Part shown: piece by piece, positions 9,526 to 19,036 of the stretch
How the letters are laid out: every line of letters starts with the position of its first letter
Numbering within the stretch: the first letter of the stretch is position 1
Assembly (NCBI GenBank): GCA_963815115.1
Contig: CAWFFN010000008.1
Span: forward strand, 256,001 to 320,000
DNA length: 64,000 nt
DNA from: an uncultured delta proteobacterium
Lineage (GTDB): Bacteria > Desulfobacterota > Binatia > DP-6
Direction of reading: 5' to 3'
Program-made: the position numbers and the translations under genes
The notes under the pieces: model-generated
Database searches by the model: none
The model's input: the letters and a program-made list of their open reading frames with translations, nothing else
What the model was told of the DNA's origin: nothing

Positions 9526-12123
9526 ATGGAAAGACACCGCACGTATCGCGACTGTATTCGGCTCGCCGCCGCCCTGGGCGCGGCGCTGCTCCTTCCGGCT
9601 GCCCGCGCGCAGGCGCAGATCCAGGTGCCGAACTGCGAGATCCGGGTGGCCGAGGGTGGCCGCCTCGACAACGCGTCGAGCTCCGACGCGAACCTCAGCT
9701 CGCTGGAGGACGGCAGCCGCCTCCAGCTCGGACGCAAGGTCCTCTTCGCCGATGACACCGCGGTGTCGGGAGCCCTGGTCGGCCTCGGCAACGGCGCCAG
9801 CATCTTCAACCTGAACGTCGACCTGCTGCACCAGGGCAAGGGCGCGATCGTGCGCGGCGTCCAGGGGCCGTTCGCGCCCGGCGTCACCTGCACCCTGCCG
9901 GCCATCCAGTGCGGCGGCGCGGACGTGTTCGTGGCGAAGAACCAGTCGTTGAACCTGGCGCAGGGCACCTACGGCAAGGTCACGCTGGAGAACGGCGCGA
10001 GCCTGACGCTGTCGGCCGGCGTCTACAACGTCTGCCAGATCCGCACGGGCAGGCACGCCGCCATCAGCGTGACGGGAAGCGACCAGTCGACGATCAACGT
10101 GCGCGACACCGTGCGGCTCGAGAACACCACCACGTTCGGTCCCGCCAGTGACACCCCGACGCCGCTCCTCAACGTCGGCGGCACCACCGTCCACCTGAGC
10201 GCCAACAGCGACGTGCGCGCCTTCATCACGGCGCCGAACGCTCGCCTCGGCCTCGGCCGTTCCATGAAGTTCACCGGCGCGGCATGCGCCCAGACGCTCG
10301 CCGGCAGCAAGCACGTCGAGATCGAGTGCGCCCCCGACGTGGCCAGCACGACGACGACCACCACCAGCACGTCGTCGACCAGCACGACGTCCTCCACGAC
10401 CTCGACGACGACCACCACGACGCAGGGCGCGGTGTGCGGCAACGGCACCATCGATCCGGGCGAGCAGTGCGATTCCGGTTCGCCGGGCGGCGGCTTCGTC
10501 GGCGGCGATTGCGGCTTCTGCACCGCCGAGTGCGTCTGCCAGGGCGGTAGCACGACGACGACGACCGTCGAGAGCACGACCACCACCACCGAGACCACGA
10601 CCACGACGGTCGAGAGCACCACCACGACGACCGAGAGGCGAGCACGACCACCACGACGACGAGACGGCGAGACGACCACCACGACGACCGAGACGGCGAG
10701 CACGACCACCACGACGACCGCCGAGAGCACGACCACCACGACCTCGACCACGACCACCACCACGACGCAGGGCGCGGTGTGCGGCAACGGCACCATCGAG
10801 CCGGGCGAGCAGTGTGACTCGGGTTCGCCGGGCGGCGGCTTCGTCGGCGGTGATTGCGGCTTCTGCACCGCCGAGTGCGTGTGTCAGGGGGCGAGCACGA
10901 CCACCACCACGGCGGCCCCCACGACCACCACGACCGAGACGATCCCGACCACGACGACCACCGAGACGATCCCGACCACCACGACCACCGAGACCATCCC
11001 CACCACGACCACGACCGAGACCATCCCGACGACCACGACGACGGAGGCGATCCCGACCACCACCACGTCGACCACCGAGGAGACCACCACCTCGACGACC
11101 GAGGAGTCCACGACCTCGACCACGTCGACGACCGAGACGACCACGACCACGCTGCCGCTGCCCACGAGCCTCGAGTTCACCAACGGCGCGCCCGGCGGAC
11201 CGTGCGGCACCGCGACGGACGGGAGCAACGCCCTCGTCAAGACCCTCACCTGTGGAGGTCTCAACCTCGGCGGCGGCGGATCGACCGTCGGAGAGGGCCC
11301 CACGCCGGACGGGTCGCGGAGCCGCTTCACGCTGGATTGCACGGTCTCCCCCTGCAACATCGGGGCGTTCACCACCCCGCCCGCCACCAGCAGCACCGAG
11401 CCCGACTGCAGCACCACCGGCTGCAACTTCGGCACGCCCCTGCCGATCCCGAATACGACCCTCACCAACCTGACCACCTGCGTGCTGAACACCTTCGCCG
11501 CCCCGGCGACCGGGACGATCAACCTCTCCGACGGCACGTCGGTCACGAACGTCTCGCTCACGTCGGACACCTACCTCACCGGCAACGTGGGGCAGCCCTG
11601 CCCGGCGTGCCGCTCCGGCGGCGTCCCCGTGAATGGCAGCACGGCCAGTCCGGCGACGGGCACCTGCGACCGCGGCGCACGGAAGGATATGGCCTGCACC
11701 AGCAGCAACTCGCACGGCCTGACGCGTGACTGCCCGACGGGCGGCGCCGACGCCACCCACCCGTGCATGGCCGGCGTGCCGGGTCAGGATAGCTGCATCG
11801 ACGGCACCCACGTCGGCCCGATCGCGGTCGATCTGTCGCCGCTCACCACGGCGCCCGCGTCCAAGACCGCCGATGCCAATGGGAACTTCTGTCCCGGCCA
11901 GGGTGGAAACCCAGGCACGCCCGGCTGCTTCAACCAGCCGACGTGCCGCACCATCACCGAGAACGGCACCGCTGCGGGGCCGGTGACCACCGGTGTCCCG
12001 GCAACGGGAACGCTGGCGTCGGTGTTCTGCATCGGCGCAACTCCGAACGGGCTGGTGAACTTCGCCGCCGACCTTCCGGGGCCGGGCGCCGTGTCCCTGC
12101 CCGGCCAGTTCGTCGTCAACTAG
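9526..12123 (+). CDS. Large secreted Thr-rich (mucin-like), Cys-rich surface protein
   Basis: Signal peptide (LAAALGAALLLPAARA-QA); beta-rich N domain; poly-Thr linkers; two CGNG...GEQCD repeats; Cys-rich C domain. Confidence 0.85.
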   Translation: MERHRTYRDCIRLAAALGAALLLPAARAQAQIQVPNCEIRVAEGGRLDNASSSDANLSSLEDGSRLQLGRKVLFADDTAVSGALVGLGNGASIFNLNVDLLHQGKGAIVRGVQGPFAPGVTCTLPAIQCGGADVFVAKNQSLNLAQGTYGKVTLENGASLTLSAGVYNVCQIRTGRHAAISVTGSDQSTINVRDTVRLENTTTFGPASDTPTPLLNVGGTTVHLSANSDVRAFITAPNARLGLGRSMKFTGAACAQTLAGSKHVEIECAPDVASTTTTTTSTSSTSTTSSTTSTTTTTTQGAVCGNGTIDPGEQCDSGSPGGGFVGGDCGFCTAECVCQGGSTTTTTVESTTTTTETTTTTVESTTTTTERRARPPRRRDGETTTTTTETASTTTTTTAESTTTTTSTTTTTTTQGAVCGNGTIEPGEQCDSGSPGGGFVGGDCGFCTAECVCQGASTTTTTAAPTTTTTETIPTTTTTETIPTTTTTETIPTTTTTETIPTTTTTEAIPTTTTSTTEETTTSTTEESTTSTTSTTETTTTTLPLPTSLEFTNGAPGGPCGTATDGSNALVKTLTCGGLNLGGGGSTVGEGPTPDGSRSRFTLDCTVSPCNIGAFTTPPATSSTEPDCSTTGCNFGTPLPIPNTTLTNLTTCVLNTFAAPATGTINLSDGTSVTNVSLTSDTYLTGNVGQPCPACRSGGVPVNGSTASPATGTCDRGARKDMACTSSNSHGLTRDCPTGGADATHPCMAGVPGQDSCIDGTHVGPIAVDLSPLTTAPASKTADANGNFCPGQGGNPGTPGCFNQPTCRTITENGTAAGPVTTGVPATGTLASVFCIGATPNGLVNFAADLPGPGAVSLPGQFVVN
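10423..10890 (+). repeat. Two 123-bp intragenic direct repeats (10423-10545, 10768-10890) encoding a myxobacterial-type disulfide repeat
   Basis: QGAVCGNGTI(D/E)PGEQCDSGSPGGGFVGGDCGFCTAECVCQG twice, with mostly synonymous differences. Confidence 0.9.
10918..11060 (+). repeat. ~5 tandem 27-bp repeats encoding PTTTTTETI
   Basis: Direct inspection of DNA and translation. Confidence 0.85.
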
Positions 12124-12135
12124 CGACCGGAACAT

Positions 12136-12170
12136 GGCGGGCCCGAGCCTCGCGCAGGCTCGGGCCCGCC
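12136..12170. terminator. Perfect 15-bp stem hairpin between convergent genes (terminator-like, no U-tract)
   Basis: ggcgggcccgagcct-cgcgc-aggctcgggcccgcc. Confidence 0.6.
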
Positions 12171-12171
12171 G

Positions 12172-13083
12172 TCATCGCAGGCCCAGCTCGTCGAGCGGCA
12201 GCGGCCGGTGCGTGACGGCGTCGCGGACCCCGCGCACCTTGAGCCACACCCGGCCTGCATCGCCCTGCGGCAGGTGCCAGAGGAGCTGGAGCGGCAGCGA
12301 GACGCCGAGGAAGCTCGCGAGCTTTACCCACTGCGCGGGCCCGGCGTGCTTGCGCGCGAAGAGGATGGTGTTGCGGGCGGCGAAGTAGGTGCGGATGCGC
12401 ACCGAGCGCTCGCCGCCGGCCGTCCCCCGCCCGGTGTGGGTGACGACCGCCTCGGGGCAGTAGACGACACGCAGTCCGGCGCGGCGCGCGCGCGTGCACC
12501 AGTCGACCTCCTCGTGGTAGGCGAAGAACGACTCGTCGAGGAGGCCGACGCGGGCGAGCGCCGTCGCGCGCAGCCACATGGCGCAGCCCGCGATCCACTC
12601 GACGTCGCGCTGCGCGCCCCACGCCGGCCCGTCGAGCGCGTCCGCGCCGCACAGGCCGACCAGGCTCTGCCGCCAGGTGATGCGACCCCAGGCGAGCCAC
12701 AGGCGCCGCGGATCCTCTCGCGCCAGCACCTTCGGACCTGCCGCGGCCACGCGGGGATCGGCGTCGAGCACCGCGCGGGCCGCCGCCGTCGCGCCGGGTC
12801 GCACGCGGACGTCGTTGTTGAGGAGCAGCACGACCTCCGCATCGCGCGCGAGGGCGTGCCGGATGCCGAGGTTGGCCCCACCGGGGTAACCGAGATTCTC
12901 CGCGCTTCGCAGGCACTCGACGTGGGGCGCGTGCCGCGCCAGCAGGTCGCCGATGGGCTCGTGGGAGCCGTTGTCGACCACCACGATCGAGACGCCGGGC
13001 TCGCCCGCGAGGCTCTCGACGCAGCCGAGCGTGTCCTCCGGGTCCTGCCAGTGCACCACGACGGCGACGACCGGATCGCTCAC
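12172..13083 (-). CDS. GT2 family glycosyltransferase (close paralog of 8479-9381)
   Basis: VDNGS, NLGYPGGAN, LLNND, EEVDWC; shares LWLAWGRITWR and the C-terminal PLPL..LGLR. Confidence 0.88.
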   Translation of the reverse strand: MSDPVVAVVVHWQDPEDTLGCVESLAGEPGVSIVVVDNGSHEPIGDLLARHAPHVECLRSAENLGYPGGANLGIRHALARDAEVVLLLNNDVRVRPGATAAARAVLDADPRVAAAGPKVLAREDPRRLWLAWGRITWRQSLVGLCGADALDGPAWGAQRDVEWIAGCAMWLRATALARVGLLDESFFAYHEEVDWCTRARRAGLRVVYCPEAVVTHTGRGTAGGERSVRIRTYFAARNTILFARKHAGPAQWVKLASFLGVSLPLQLLWHLPQGDAGRVWLKVRGVRDAVTHRPLPLDELGLR

Positions 13084-14165
13084 CCGAGCACCTCCTCGTA
13101 GACCCGGCGGGTGCGCCGTGCCGTCTCCTCCCAGCTGAAGGTCGCGGCGCGCTGCCGCGCCTGCTCGCCGAGGGCCGCTCGCGCGGCCGGGTCGTCCAGC
13201 AGGCGGGTCAGCGCGACGCCCAGCAGCGTCGGGTCGGAACGCGCTACGAGCACCGCGGCGTCGCCGGCGACCTCCGGGATGGAGGTGACGGCCACCGCCA
13301 CCACGGCGCAGCCTCCGGCCATGGCCTCAAGCACGGTGAGGCCGAAGCCCTCGTACTCGGACGCGCTCATCGCGATCTCGGCGGCGGCGTAGAGGGCGCG
13401 CAGCTCGCCGTCGTCGAGCGCGCCCAGCCAGTGCACACCTGCCGGCAGATCGACCAGCCAGTGCGGCGCATATCCGGGTCGCAGCCGCCCGGCGATGACC
13501 AGCTCCCAGCCGCGCGCCGCGCCTCGCGCGCGCTCGAACGCCTCGATGACGTACTCGACCCGCTTGCGGGGCTGGATGGTCCCGACGCAGGCGACGAGGC
13601 GCTCACCGAGGCCGTACCTCGATCGGAGCGCTTCCACGGCGCTCGCCGACGGCGGAGTGGCGAGCGCCGCGGGCACCGCCAGCGGGACCACGGGCACGCG
13701 CTCGGGAGGCAGCCCGAAGCGCCTCACGAGATCGCCGCGGGCATGCTCCGAGTCGGCGATCACCCGGGCAGCGCGGGCAACGCTCGATGGTACGCAGAGC
13801 CGGAAGTGGAGCCGCTGGGGCCACGCAAAGGTCTCGGGACAGGCATAGACCGCGAGGTCGTGCACCGTGACGACCCCCGGCACCGGCAGCCGCCAGGGCA
13901 GGATGTTCTTGGTGCCGTGGTAGAGCGCGATCCGCCGGGCACCGACCAGGCCGGGAAGGCGCACGTGGTCCCAGGTCACCTGGTGGTAGGTCGTCGCCAG
14001 CGGCACGTGGACGCGCTCGACGTCGAAGGCGGCGAAGTCGTCGGGTCGATCGGTGAACACGACGTAGTGGTGGCCGCCCAGGCGAGCCAGGGACGCGACC
14101 AGCTCGCGAGCATAGGTGGCCGGCCCGCCGCGGATGCCCACCAGCGCCCCGATCCCTATGCGCAT
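13080..14165 (-). CDS. GT4 family glycosyltransferase
   Basis: TVHDL, VGTIQPRK, EGFGLTVLEAMAGG motifs. Confidence 0.9.
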   Translation of the reverse strand: MRIGIGALVGIRGGPATYARELVASLARLGGHHYVVFTDRPDDFAAFDVERVHVPLATTYHQVTWDHVRLPGLVGARRIALYHGTKNILPWRLPVPGVVTVHDLAVYACPETFAWPQRLHFRLCVPSSVARAARVIADSEHARGDLVRRFGLPPERVPVVPLAVPAALATPPSASAVEALRSRYGLGERLVACVGTIQPRKRVEYVIEAFERARGAARGWELVIAGRLRPGYAPHWLVDLPAGVHWLGALDDGELRALYAAAEIAMSASEYEGFGLTVLEAMAGGCAVVAVAVTSIPEVAGDAAVLVARSDPTLLGVALTRLLDDPAARAALGEQARQRAATFSWEETARRTRRVYEEVLG

Positions 14166-14176
14166 GGCTAGGAGCG

Positions 14177-14458
14177 CGACCCGAGACTCCGCCTCGGATC
14201 GAAAGCGGAGGCGAGCGTGTGGCGTTCGGCGGATCGAGCGGAGGCCATGCCGCGGCCGGCAAAGCCGGCGCGGCAACACGTGGCGCGCCGGGGCTCTGGC
14301 CCAATCCGTCCTGACCCGCCCACAGGCATGCCGTTCTCAGCTCCCGAGTCCTCCGGAACGTTTGCCGCGCCGGCTAGGCCGGCCGCGGCACGACGTCCGC
14401 ACTGTTCATGAGGTTTCATTCTCCCCTCCGTCTCGGCCCGAGACGAAGTCTCGGGCCG
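14177..14458. repeat. Palindromic repeat element, copy 1 (REPIN/MITE-like, four hairpins)
   Basis: Terminal hairpins cgacccgagac-tcc-gcctcggatcg and cggcccgagac-gaa-gtctcgggccg; inner hairpins 14248-14275 and 14363-14390; homologous to 43365-43650. Confidence 0.8.
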
Positions 14459-15383
14459 ACCCACCCGGGGCCCGCACCGGCTCGGGAGCGGCGCCGGTGG
14501 CGACCCGCAGCCCGGCGAGGGCGCCCCGGCCGAGCTGGCGAACGACCTCCCCGCGACCGCGCAACGCATATAGCGCGGCGCTGGCACCCACCATGGCAGC
14601 ATACGCCGGGACGAAGGCGAGAAGCGCCGGCCACCCCCCGCGCCGGCGCACCACGAGCCACGGGTTGCGTGCCTTCAGATACGCCGCCCACGGCGTGAGG
14701 CCGCTCGCGAATCCGCGCAGCCCGTCGTGCTGGACGACCGCACGCGGCTCGATGACGGCGCCGTAGCCGCGCTCGTGCGCCGCCAGGCAGAAGTCCACAT
14801 CCTCGTAGTAGACGGCGATTTCCTCCGAGAACCCGGCCACGGCCTCGAAGCACGCCCGGGTGACGAGGAGGGCGCAGCCCATGACCCCGCTCACGGCGTA
14901 CGGCACGCCGGATGACCGCCGATAGCGCACCAGTGTCCGGGGTACGCAGAGAAGCGGGAGCGAGTGACGTTCGCCCGCCGACAGGACATTGGCGGGGTCG
15001 CGGAGGTCGACGACGCGCGGACCGGCGATGCCCGCCCCGGGCGCGGCATCGAGCGCAGCGAGCAGCAGGCGAAGCGCGTCGGGCGCGAGCACGGTGTCGT
15101 TGTTGAGCAGCAGCAGGCGCTCCGCCCCCGCATCGATCGCCGCGCGAGCCCCGGCGTTGAGGCCCCCGGCGAACTGGCGGTTGTGGTCGAGGAGCAGGAG
15201 GCGGACGGGCGTCAGAGCCCCGAGTGCGCCGCGCAGCCGGGTGCGCTCGGCCTCGCTCGATGCGTTGTCGACCACGATCACCTCGTCGGGAGGACGATCC
15301 TGGGCGAGCAGCGAGGCCACGCACCGCTCGGTCGCCGTCCCTCCTTCCCACGTGACCACCACGGCAGCGGTGCGCACGCTCAT
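14406..15383 (-). CDS. GT2 family glycosyltransferase (3' end reads into the repeat element)
   Basis: VVDNAS, FAGGLN, LLNND, YEDVDFC motifs. Confidence 0.88.
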   Translation of the reverse strand: MSVRTAAVVVTWEGGTATERCVASLLAQDRPPDEVIVVDNASSEAERTRLRGALGALTPVRLLLLDHNRQFAGGLNAGARAAIDAGAERLLLLNNDTVLAPDALRLLLAALDAAPGAGIAGPRVVDLRDPANVLSAGERHSLPLLCVPRTLVRYRRSSGVPYAVSGVMGCALLVTRACFEAVAGFSEEIAVYYEDVDFCLAAHERGYGAVIEPRAVVQHDGLRGFASGLTPWAAYLKARNPWLVVRRRGGWPALLAFVPAYAAMVGASAALYALRGRGEVVRQLGRGALAGLRVATGAAPEPVRAPGGSARDFVSGRDGGENETS

Positions 15384-16531
15384 CCTCCCGTGGCCATTCC
15401 CGGGGCGCGGGCATCGGGGCGCACGCCGAGCCGCGCCGCCAGGACGTCGGCGAGCCGGGCCGCGACCTGCTCCGCGCCGAAGCGCGCGAGGACGTGTGCG
15501 CGCGCCGCGGCGCCGAGCCGCTCGGCGAGCGCCGGCATCGCGAGCAGCTCGCCGACGGCGGCGGCGAGGGCGACAGGGTCCCCGGGCGGGCAGACGACGC
15601 AGTGCTCGCCGGGCTCCAGCACCTCGCGCAGCGCCGGCCCGTCGCGCGTCACCAGCGGGCGCCCGGCAGCGGCCGCCTGGTAGACCTTGTTCGGCACCAC
15701 CATGGCCGCCTTGCGACCGGTGCCGAAGACGCCGAGTGCCACCGAGGCCTCGGCGAGCTCGTCGCGCAACCCGGCCAGCGGCAGCTCGTCACGCCAGGTG
15801 ATCCGCGCCCCGAGGCGATCGGCCCGGAACTTCACGCGTGGCCGCTCCGGGCCGCCGCCGATCAGGACGACGTCGGCGCGCGCGCCGAGGATGGCGGCAG
15901 CGCGCACGATGGTGTCGATCCCATGGAGCGGCAGGTAGCGGCCGTAGAAGAGCACCCGTCCCGGCACGGGCGCGCGATCGGGCGGGGGGGTCAGGAACTC
16001 GGGCTCGACCCCGAAATGCCAGACTGCCAGGCGTTCTCGCTCGACGCCCAGTCCCTGCATGTAGTCGGCATGCGCCGCGGTGTCGGCCAGGACCAGATCG
16101 GCGGCGCGCAGGCTGGCACGGTCGAGGGCGGCCGCCAGCCGCGCTCTCGAGCCGCCCGCCGGAAACACCTGCCGATCCTCGACCAGCGTCTCGCTGAGGG
16201 TGACGAGGGGTGCGAAGACGAGCCCGGCGCGCGGCCGGCAGAAGCGCGCCGCCAGGAGCACGTCGAGCTGGCCGCCGAAGCCGACCACGACCAGCGGCGG
16301 CGGCCGGTCCCGCCGCCAGGCGCGCACCAGTCGGCGCGCGGCGACAGCCCAGCGGACGGCGAGCCGGGCGAGCGACGGGGCGCCGAAGTAGGGCGCCGCC
16401 TTCTCTCGCGCGGTCTCCCACACCGGCTCGTGCAGCTCCTCGACCTCGAAGCCCGCGCCGGCGAGTGCGCGGCGCAGGAGCCGGTTCGCGCTGTGGCCGC
16501 GATCGTACGTGCCGAAGAGGCACGCCGTCAT
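15380..16531 (-). CDS. GT4 family glycosyltransferase
   Basis: FYGRYLPLHG, LGVFG...VVPNKVYQAAAAGRP motifs. Confidence 0.85.
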   Translation of the reverse strand: MTACLFGTYDRGHSANRLLRRALAGAGFEVEELHEPVWETAREKAAPYFGAPSLARLAVRWAVAARRLVRAWRRDRPPPLVVVGFGGQLDVLLAARFCRPRAGLVFAPLVTLSETLVEDRQVFPAGGSRARLAAALDRASLRAADLVLADTAAHADYMQGLGVERERLAVWHFGVEPEFLTPPPDRAPVPGRVLFYGRYLPLHGIDTIVRAAAILGARADVVLIGGGPERPRVKFRADRLGARITWRDELPLAGLRDELAEASVALGVFGTGRKAAMVVPNKVYQAAAAGRPLVTRDGPALREVLEPGEHCVVCPPGDPVALAAAVGELLAMPALAERLGAAARAHVLARFGAEQVAARLADVLAARLGVRPDARAPGMATGG

Positions 16532-17553
16532 CGGGCCTGGCGACCGCTCTCGGCGTGCGCCGGTGGGGCGGGTCCGTCGGCCTGCAGCCGCTCGACGTCG
16601 GCCTCCCGGCCGAAGCGCAGCTCCAGCTCCCGCACCCGCAGGAGCATGTCCTCGACCAGCGTCCGGCTGCTGCCGATCAGGTCGGCGACCAGGCCGATCA
16701 GCATGGTCTGGAAGCCGACGATGACGAGCACCGCAGCCAGGATGAGGCTCTGGATGTGTCCCATGCCGCCCTCGAACATCCAGTCGAACGCGAAGCGAAG
16801 CGCGATGGCGACCCCGAGCAGCACCGCCACGCCGCCGAGCCCGACGAAGACGGTGAGCGGCTCGTAGAGCGCGTAGATGCGCACCATGGTGGCGAGCGAG
16901 CGCCGGACGTAGAGCGCCATCGAGCCGAACAGGCGCGACGGCCGGCGCACGGGGTTGGTCGAGATCGGGAAGTGTCCGATCGGGATGTGCTTCTTGCCCG
17001 CCTGGATGATGGTCTCGAGGGTGTAGGTGAACTTGGTCACCACGTTCATCCGGAGCGCGGCCCGGCGCGAGAAGGCCCGGAAGCCACTGGTGGCGTCGGG
17101 CACCGTGGTGCCGGAGAGGCGCCGGACGACCCAGCTCCCCATGCCCTGGAGGAAGCGTTTGGGGACCCCGAAGTCCCGCGACCAGCTGGGCGTTCGATCG
17201 CCGATCACGATGTCGACCTGCCCCGCGACGATGGGGGCGACCAGCCGCCGGATCTCCGAGCCGGGGTACTGATGGTCGGCGTCCGTGTTGACGATCACGT
17301 CGGCCCCGAGCTTCAGGGCGGCATCGAGCCCGGCCGAGAAGGCGCGCGCGAGCCCGGCATGCACGGGAAGACGGAGCAGGTAGGTGGCGCCGGCGCGGCG
17401 AGCCACCTCCCCGGTTGCGTCGCTCGAGCCGTCGTCGATGACGAGCGTCTCGATGACCTCGATGCCCGGAAGGCTCCGCGGCAGGCCGGCGAGCGTCTCG
17501 GCGAGCGTCGCCTCCTCGTTGTAGCAGGGAATCTGGATGATGAGCTTCCGCAT
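16528..17553 (-). CDS. GT2 polyprenol-phosphate glycosyltransferase-like protein with two C-terminal TM helices
   Basis: IPCYNEE, IDDGSSD, TDADHQY, DATSGFRAF motifs. Confidence 0.88.
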   Translation of the reverse strand: MRKLIIQIPCYNEEATLAETLAGLPRSLPGIEVIETLVIDDGSSDATGEVARRAGATYLLRLPVHAGLARAFSAGLDAALKLGADVIVNTDADHQYPGSEIRRLVAPIVAGQVDIVIGDRTPSWSRDFGVPKRFLQGMGSWVVRRLSGTTVPDATSGFRAFSRRAALRMNVVTKFTYTLETIIQAGKKHIPIGHFPISTNPVRRPSRLFGSMALYVRRSLATMVRIYALYEPLTVFVGLGGVAVLLGVAIALRFAFDWMFEGGMGHIQSLILAAVLVIVGFQTMLIGLVADLIGSSRTLVEDMLLRVRELELRFGREADVERLQADGPAPPAHAESGRQAR

Positions 17554-17616
17554 CGCGCCGCCTTCACCTTAGCCGCCGGGGCCCCCGGGGCACCAGCGGC
17601 GGCTCGCGGGGCACGC

Positions 17617-18927
17617 TCACGGCGCCGCGTCCGGTGGCGCCACGAGGACGTCGAACCGCATCTCGGGCCCGGCGGGGGACAGGTTGCGGATCACAACCCG
17701 CGATGGGCCGCCGGCGTACGGCGCCATGCCCGGCGTCTCGGTCCCGCAGACCGGTGCGCGACGCAGGGCTGCGCCCGCCGCGAGCAGCGCCGCGCCCCCG
17801 GCGGCCAGTGCCAGCACCGCAACCAGGGCGCGAGGCCGCCCGAGGCGCAGGATCGCCGCCGCCAGGACCAGCGCGCCCAGGATCGCGAGCGCGGCGCCGG
17901 CGCGGCGGCGCCATGCCGGCGGACCGCTCCACGGGTCGCCGGCATCGCCCCGGTTGCCCTCCGCCGCGTGGCCGCGGTCGAGGTCGCCACGGCCGTCCGC
18001 CTCGACGAGATGCAGCATCTTGTGCGCGGGGTTCTGCTGCGCGGTGCGGAAGCCATTCACGCGCTCGTCGACGTGCCAGACCAGCAGGCCCTCGCCTGGA
18101 AGCCGTGCGTCGGCGCCCTCGCGCCGCCGGTTCTCGAGCAGGTAGTACTCCTGCGGGTTGCCGGGCGCGGCGGGAATCTTCAGCACGCGGGGAGTTCGAT
18201 CGATCGCCGGCAGCGTGACGCCGAGCGTGCTGCGATCGATGGTCTCCACGTCCACCCAGCCGAGATGCATCTTGGACCACGCCTCGGGCTGCGGCGGCTG
18301 ATCGCCGTGGCCGAGCCAGGTGCCCTGGCCCATGAGGCCCCACACGCCGATGCCCTCGTGCTTCGCCGCCCCCGTCGCATACAGCTCGGGCAGGCCGAGG
18401 AGATGGCCGAACTCGTGGCACAGGACGCCGAAGGGGCTGAAGGGCGGGACCTCCTCCTCCGCGATCACGCAGGCGTCGTTGAACCTGTCCACGGGAGGAG
18501 CGAGCGCGGTGTAGTTCGACCACGGATCACCCGCATCGCCGCCCTCGACGTGGGATTCGCGACCCGGTCCGGCGAAGAACACGACCAGGGCGCCCGCCCG
18601 TTCGAGCAACCTCCGATCCTCCTCCGACGCCGCCGCGACGAAGGCGCGCGCCGCGTCGCCGGCGAGCAGGCTCGGCCGCTGCACGTAGCGGGCGCGCGCT
18701 TGGGGCAACGTCACCACCGTCTCCGCCAGGAGCGGGACGATGCGCAGCCGTCCCGACGACGCCTCGGCGTAGTAGTGCGTGAGACGGTCCATGAGCGACG
18801 TGAAATAGGCGGCGTCGTGCCCCAGCGGTCGATCGGGAAACGAGGCGCGCACCACCAGCACCGGCAGGTCGCCGGCGCTCGGCGGCGCCGCGCCGCACAC
18901 CCCGGAGCCCACGAGGAGGAGCAGCAC
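17617..18927 (-). CDS. M6 family (immune inhibitor A-like) metalloprotease; start uncertain
   Basis: HEFGHLLGLPELY zinc motif, GIGVWGLM Met-turn, YYLLENR, GLLVWHVD, GNRGDAGDPW. Confidence 0.82.
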   Translation of the reverse strand: MLLLLVGSGVCGAAPPSAGDLPVLVVRASFPDRPLGHDAAYFTSLMDRLTHYYAEASSGRLRIVPLLAETVVTLPQARARYVQRPSLLAGDAARAFVAAASEEDRRLLERAGALVVFFAGPGRESHVEGGDAGDPWSNYTALAPPVDRFNDACVIAEEEVPPFSPFGVLCHEFGHLLGLPELYATGAAKHEGIGVWGLMGQGTWLGHGDQPPQPEAWSKMHLGWVDVETIDRSTLGVTLPAIDRTPRVLKIPAAPGNPQEYYLLENRRREGADARLPGEGLLVWHVDERVNGFRTAQQNPAHKMLHLVEADGRGDLDRGHAAEGNRGDAGDPWSGPPAWRRRAGAALAILGALVLAAAILRLGRPRALVAVLALAAGGAALLAAGAALRRAPVCGTETPGMAPYAGGPSRVVIRNLSPAGPEMRFDVLVAPPDAAP

Positions 18928-18967
18928 CGCCAGCGCCGCCCGTCGGATCGCGTGGTGCCCGCGACAA

Positions 18968-18996
18968 TTGACAGCCGGATGGGGGTCTGTGACAAT
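18968..18996 (+). promoter_or_regulatory. sigma70 promoter for the PKD lipoprotein
   Basis: TTGACA-N17-GACAAT with extended TG; SD aggagg before ATG 19037. Confidence 0.65.
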
Positions 18997-19036
18997 CCGC
19001 GACCGTTTGCCTACACCCGGACCAGGAGGACACACG

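Noticed and set aside
10630-10680. 'ERRARPPRRRDGE' basic island inside the poly-Thr tract
   Set aside because: Explained by three single-C deletions relative to the adjacent ACCGAGACGGCGAGCACG repeat; likely read error in low-complexity DNA
10340-11160. ACC/ACG repeats as a CRISPR array or non-coding satellite
   Set aside because: In-frame Thr codons within a coding gene; no repeat-spacer structure and no cas genes
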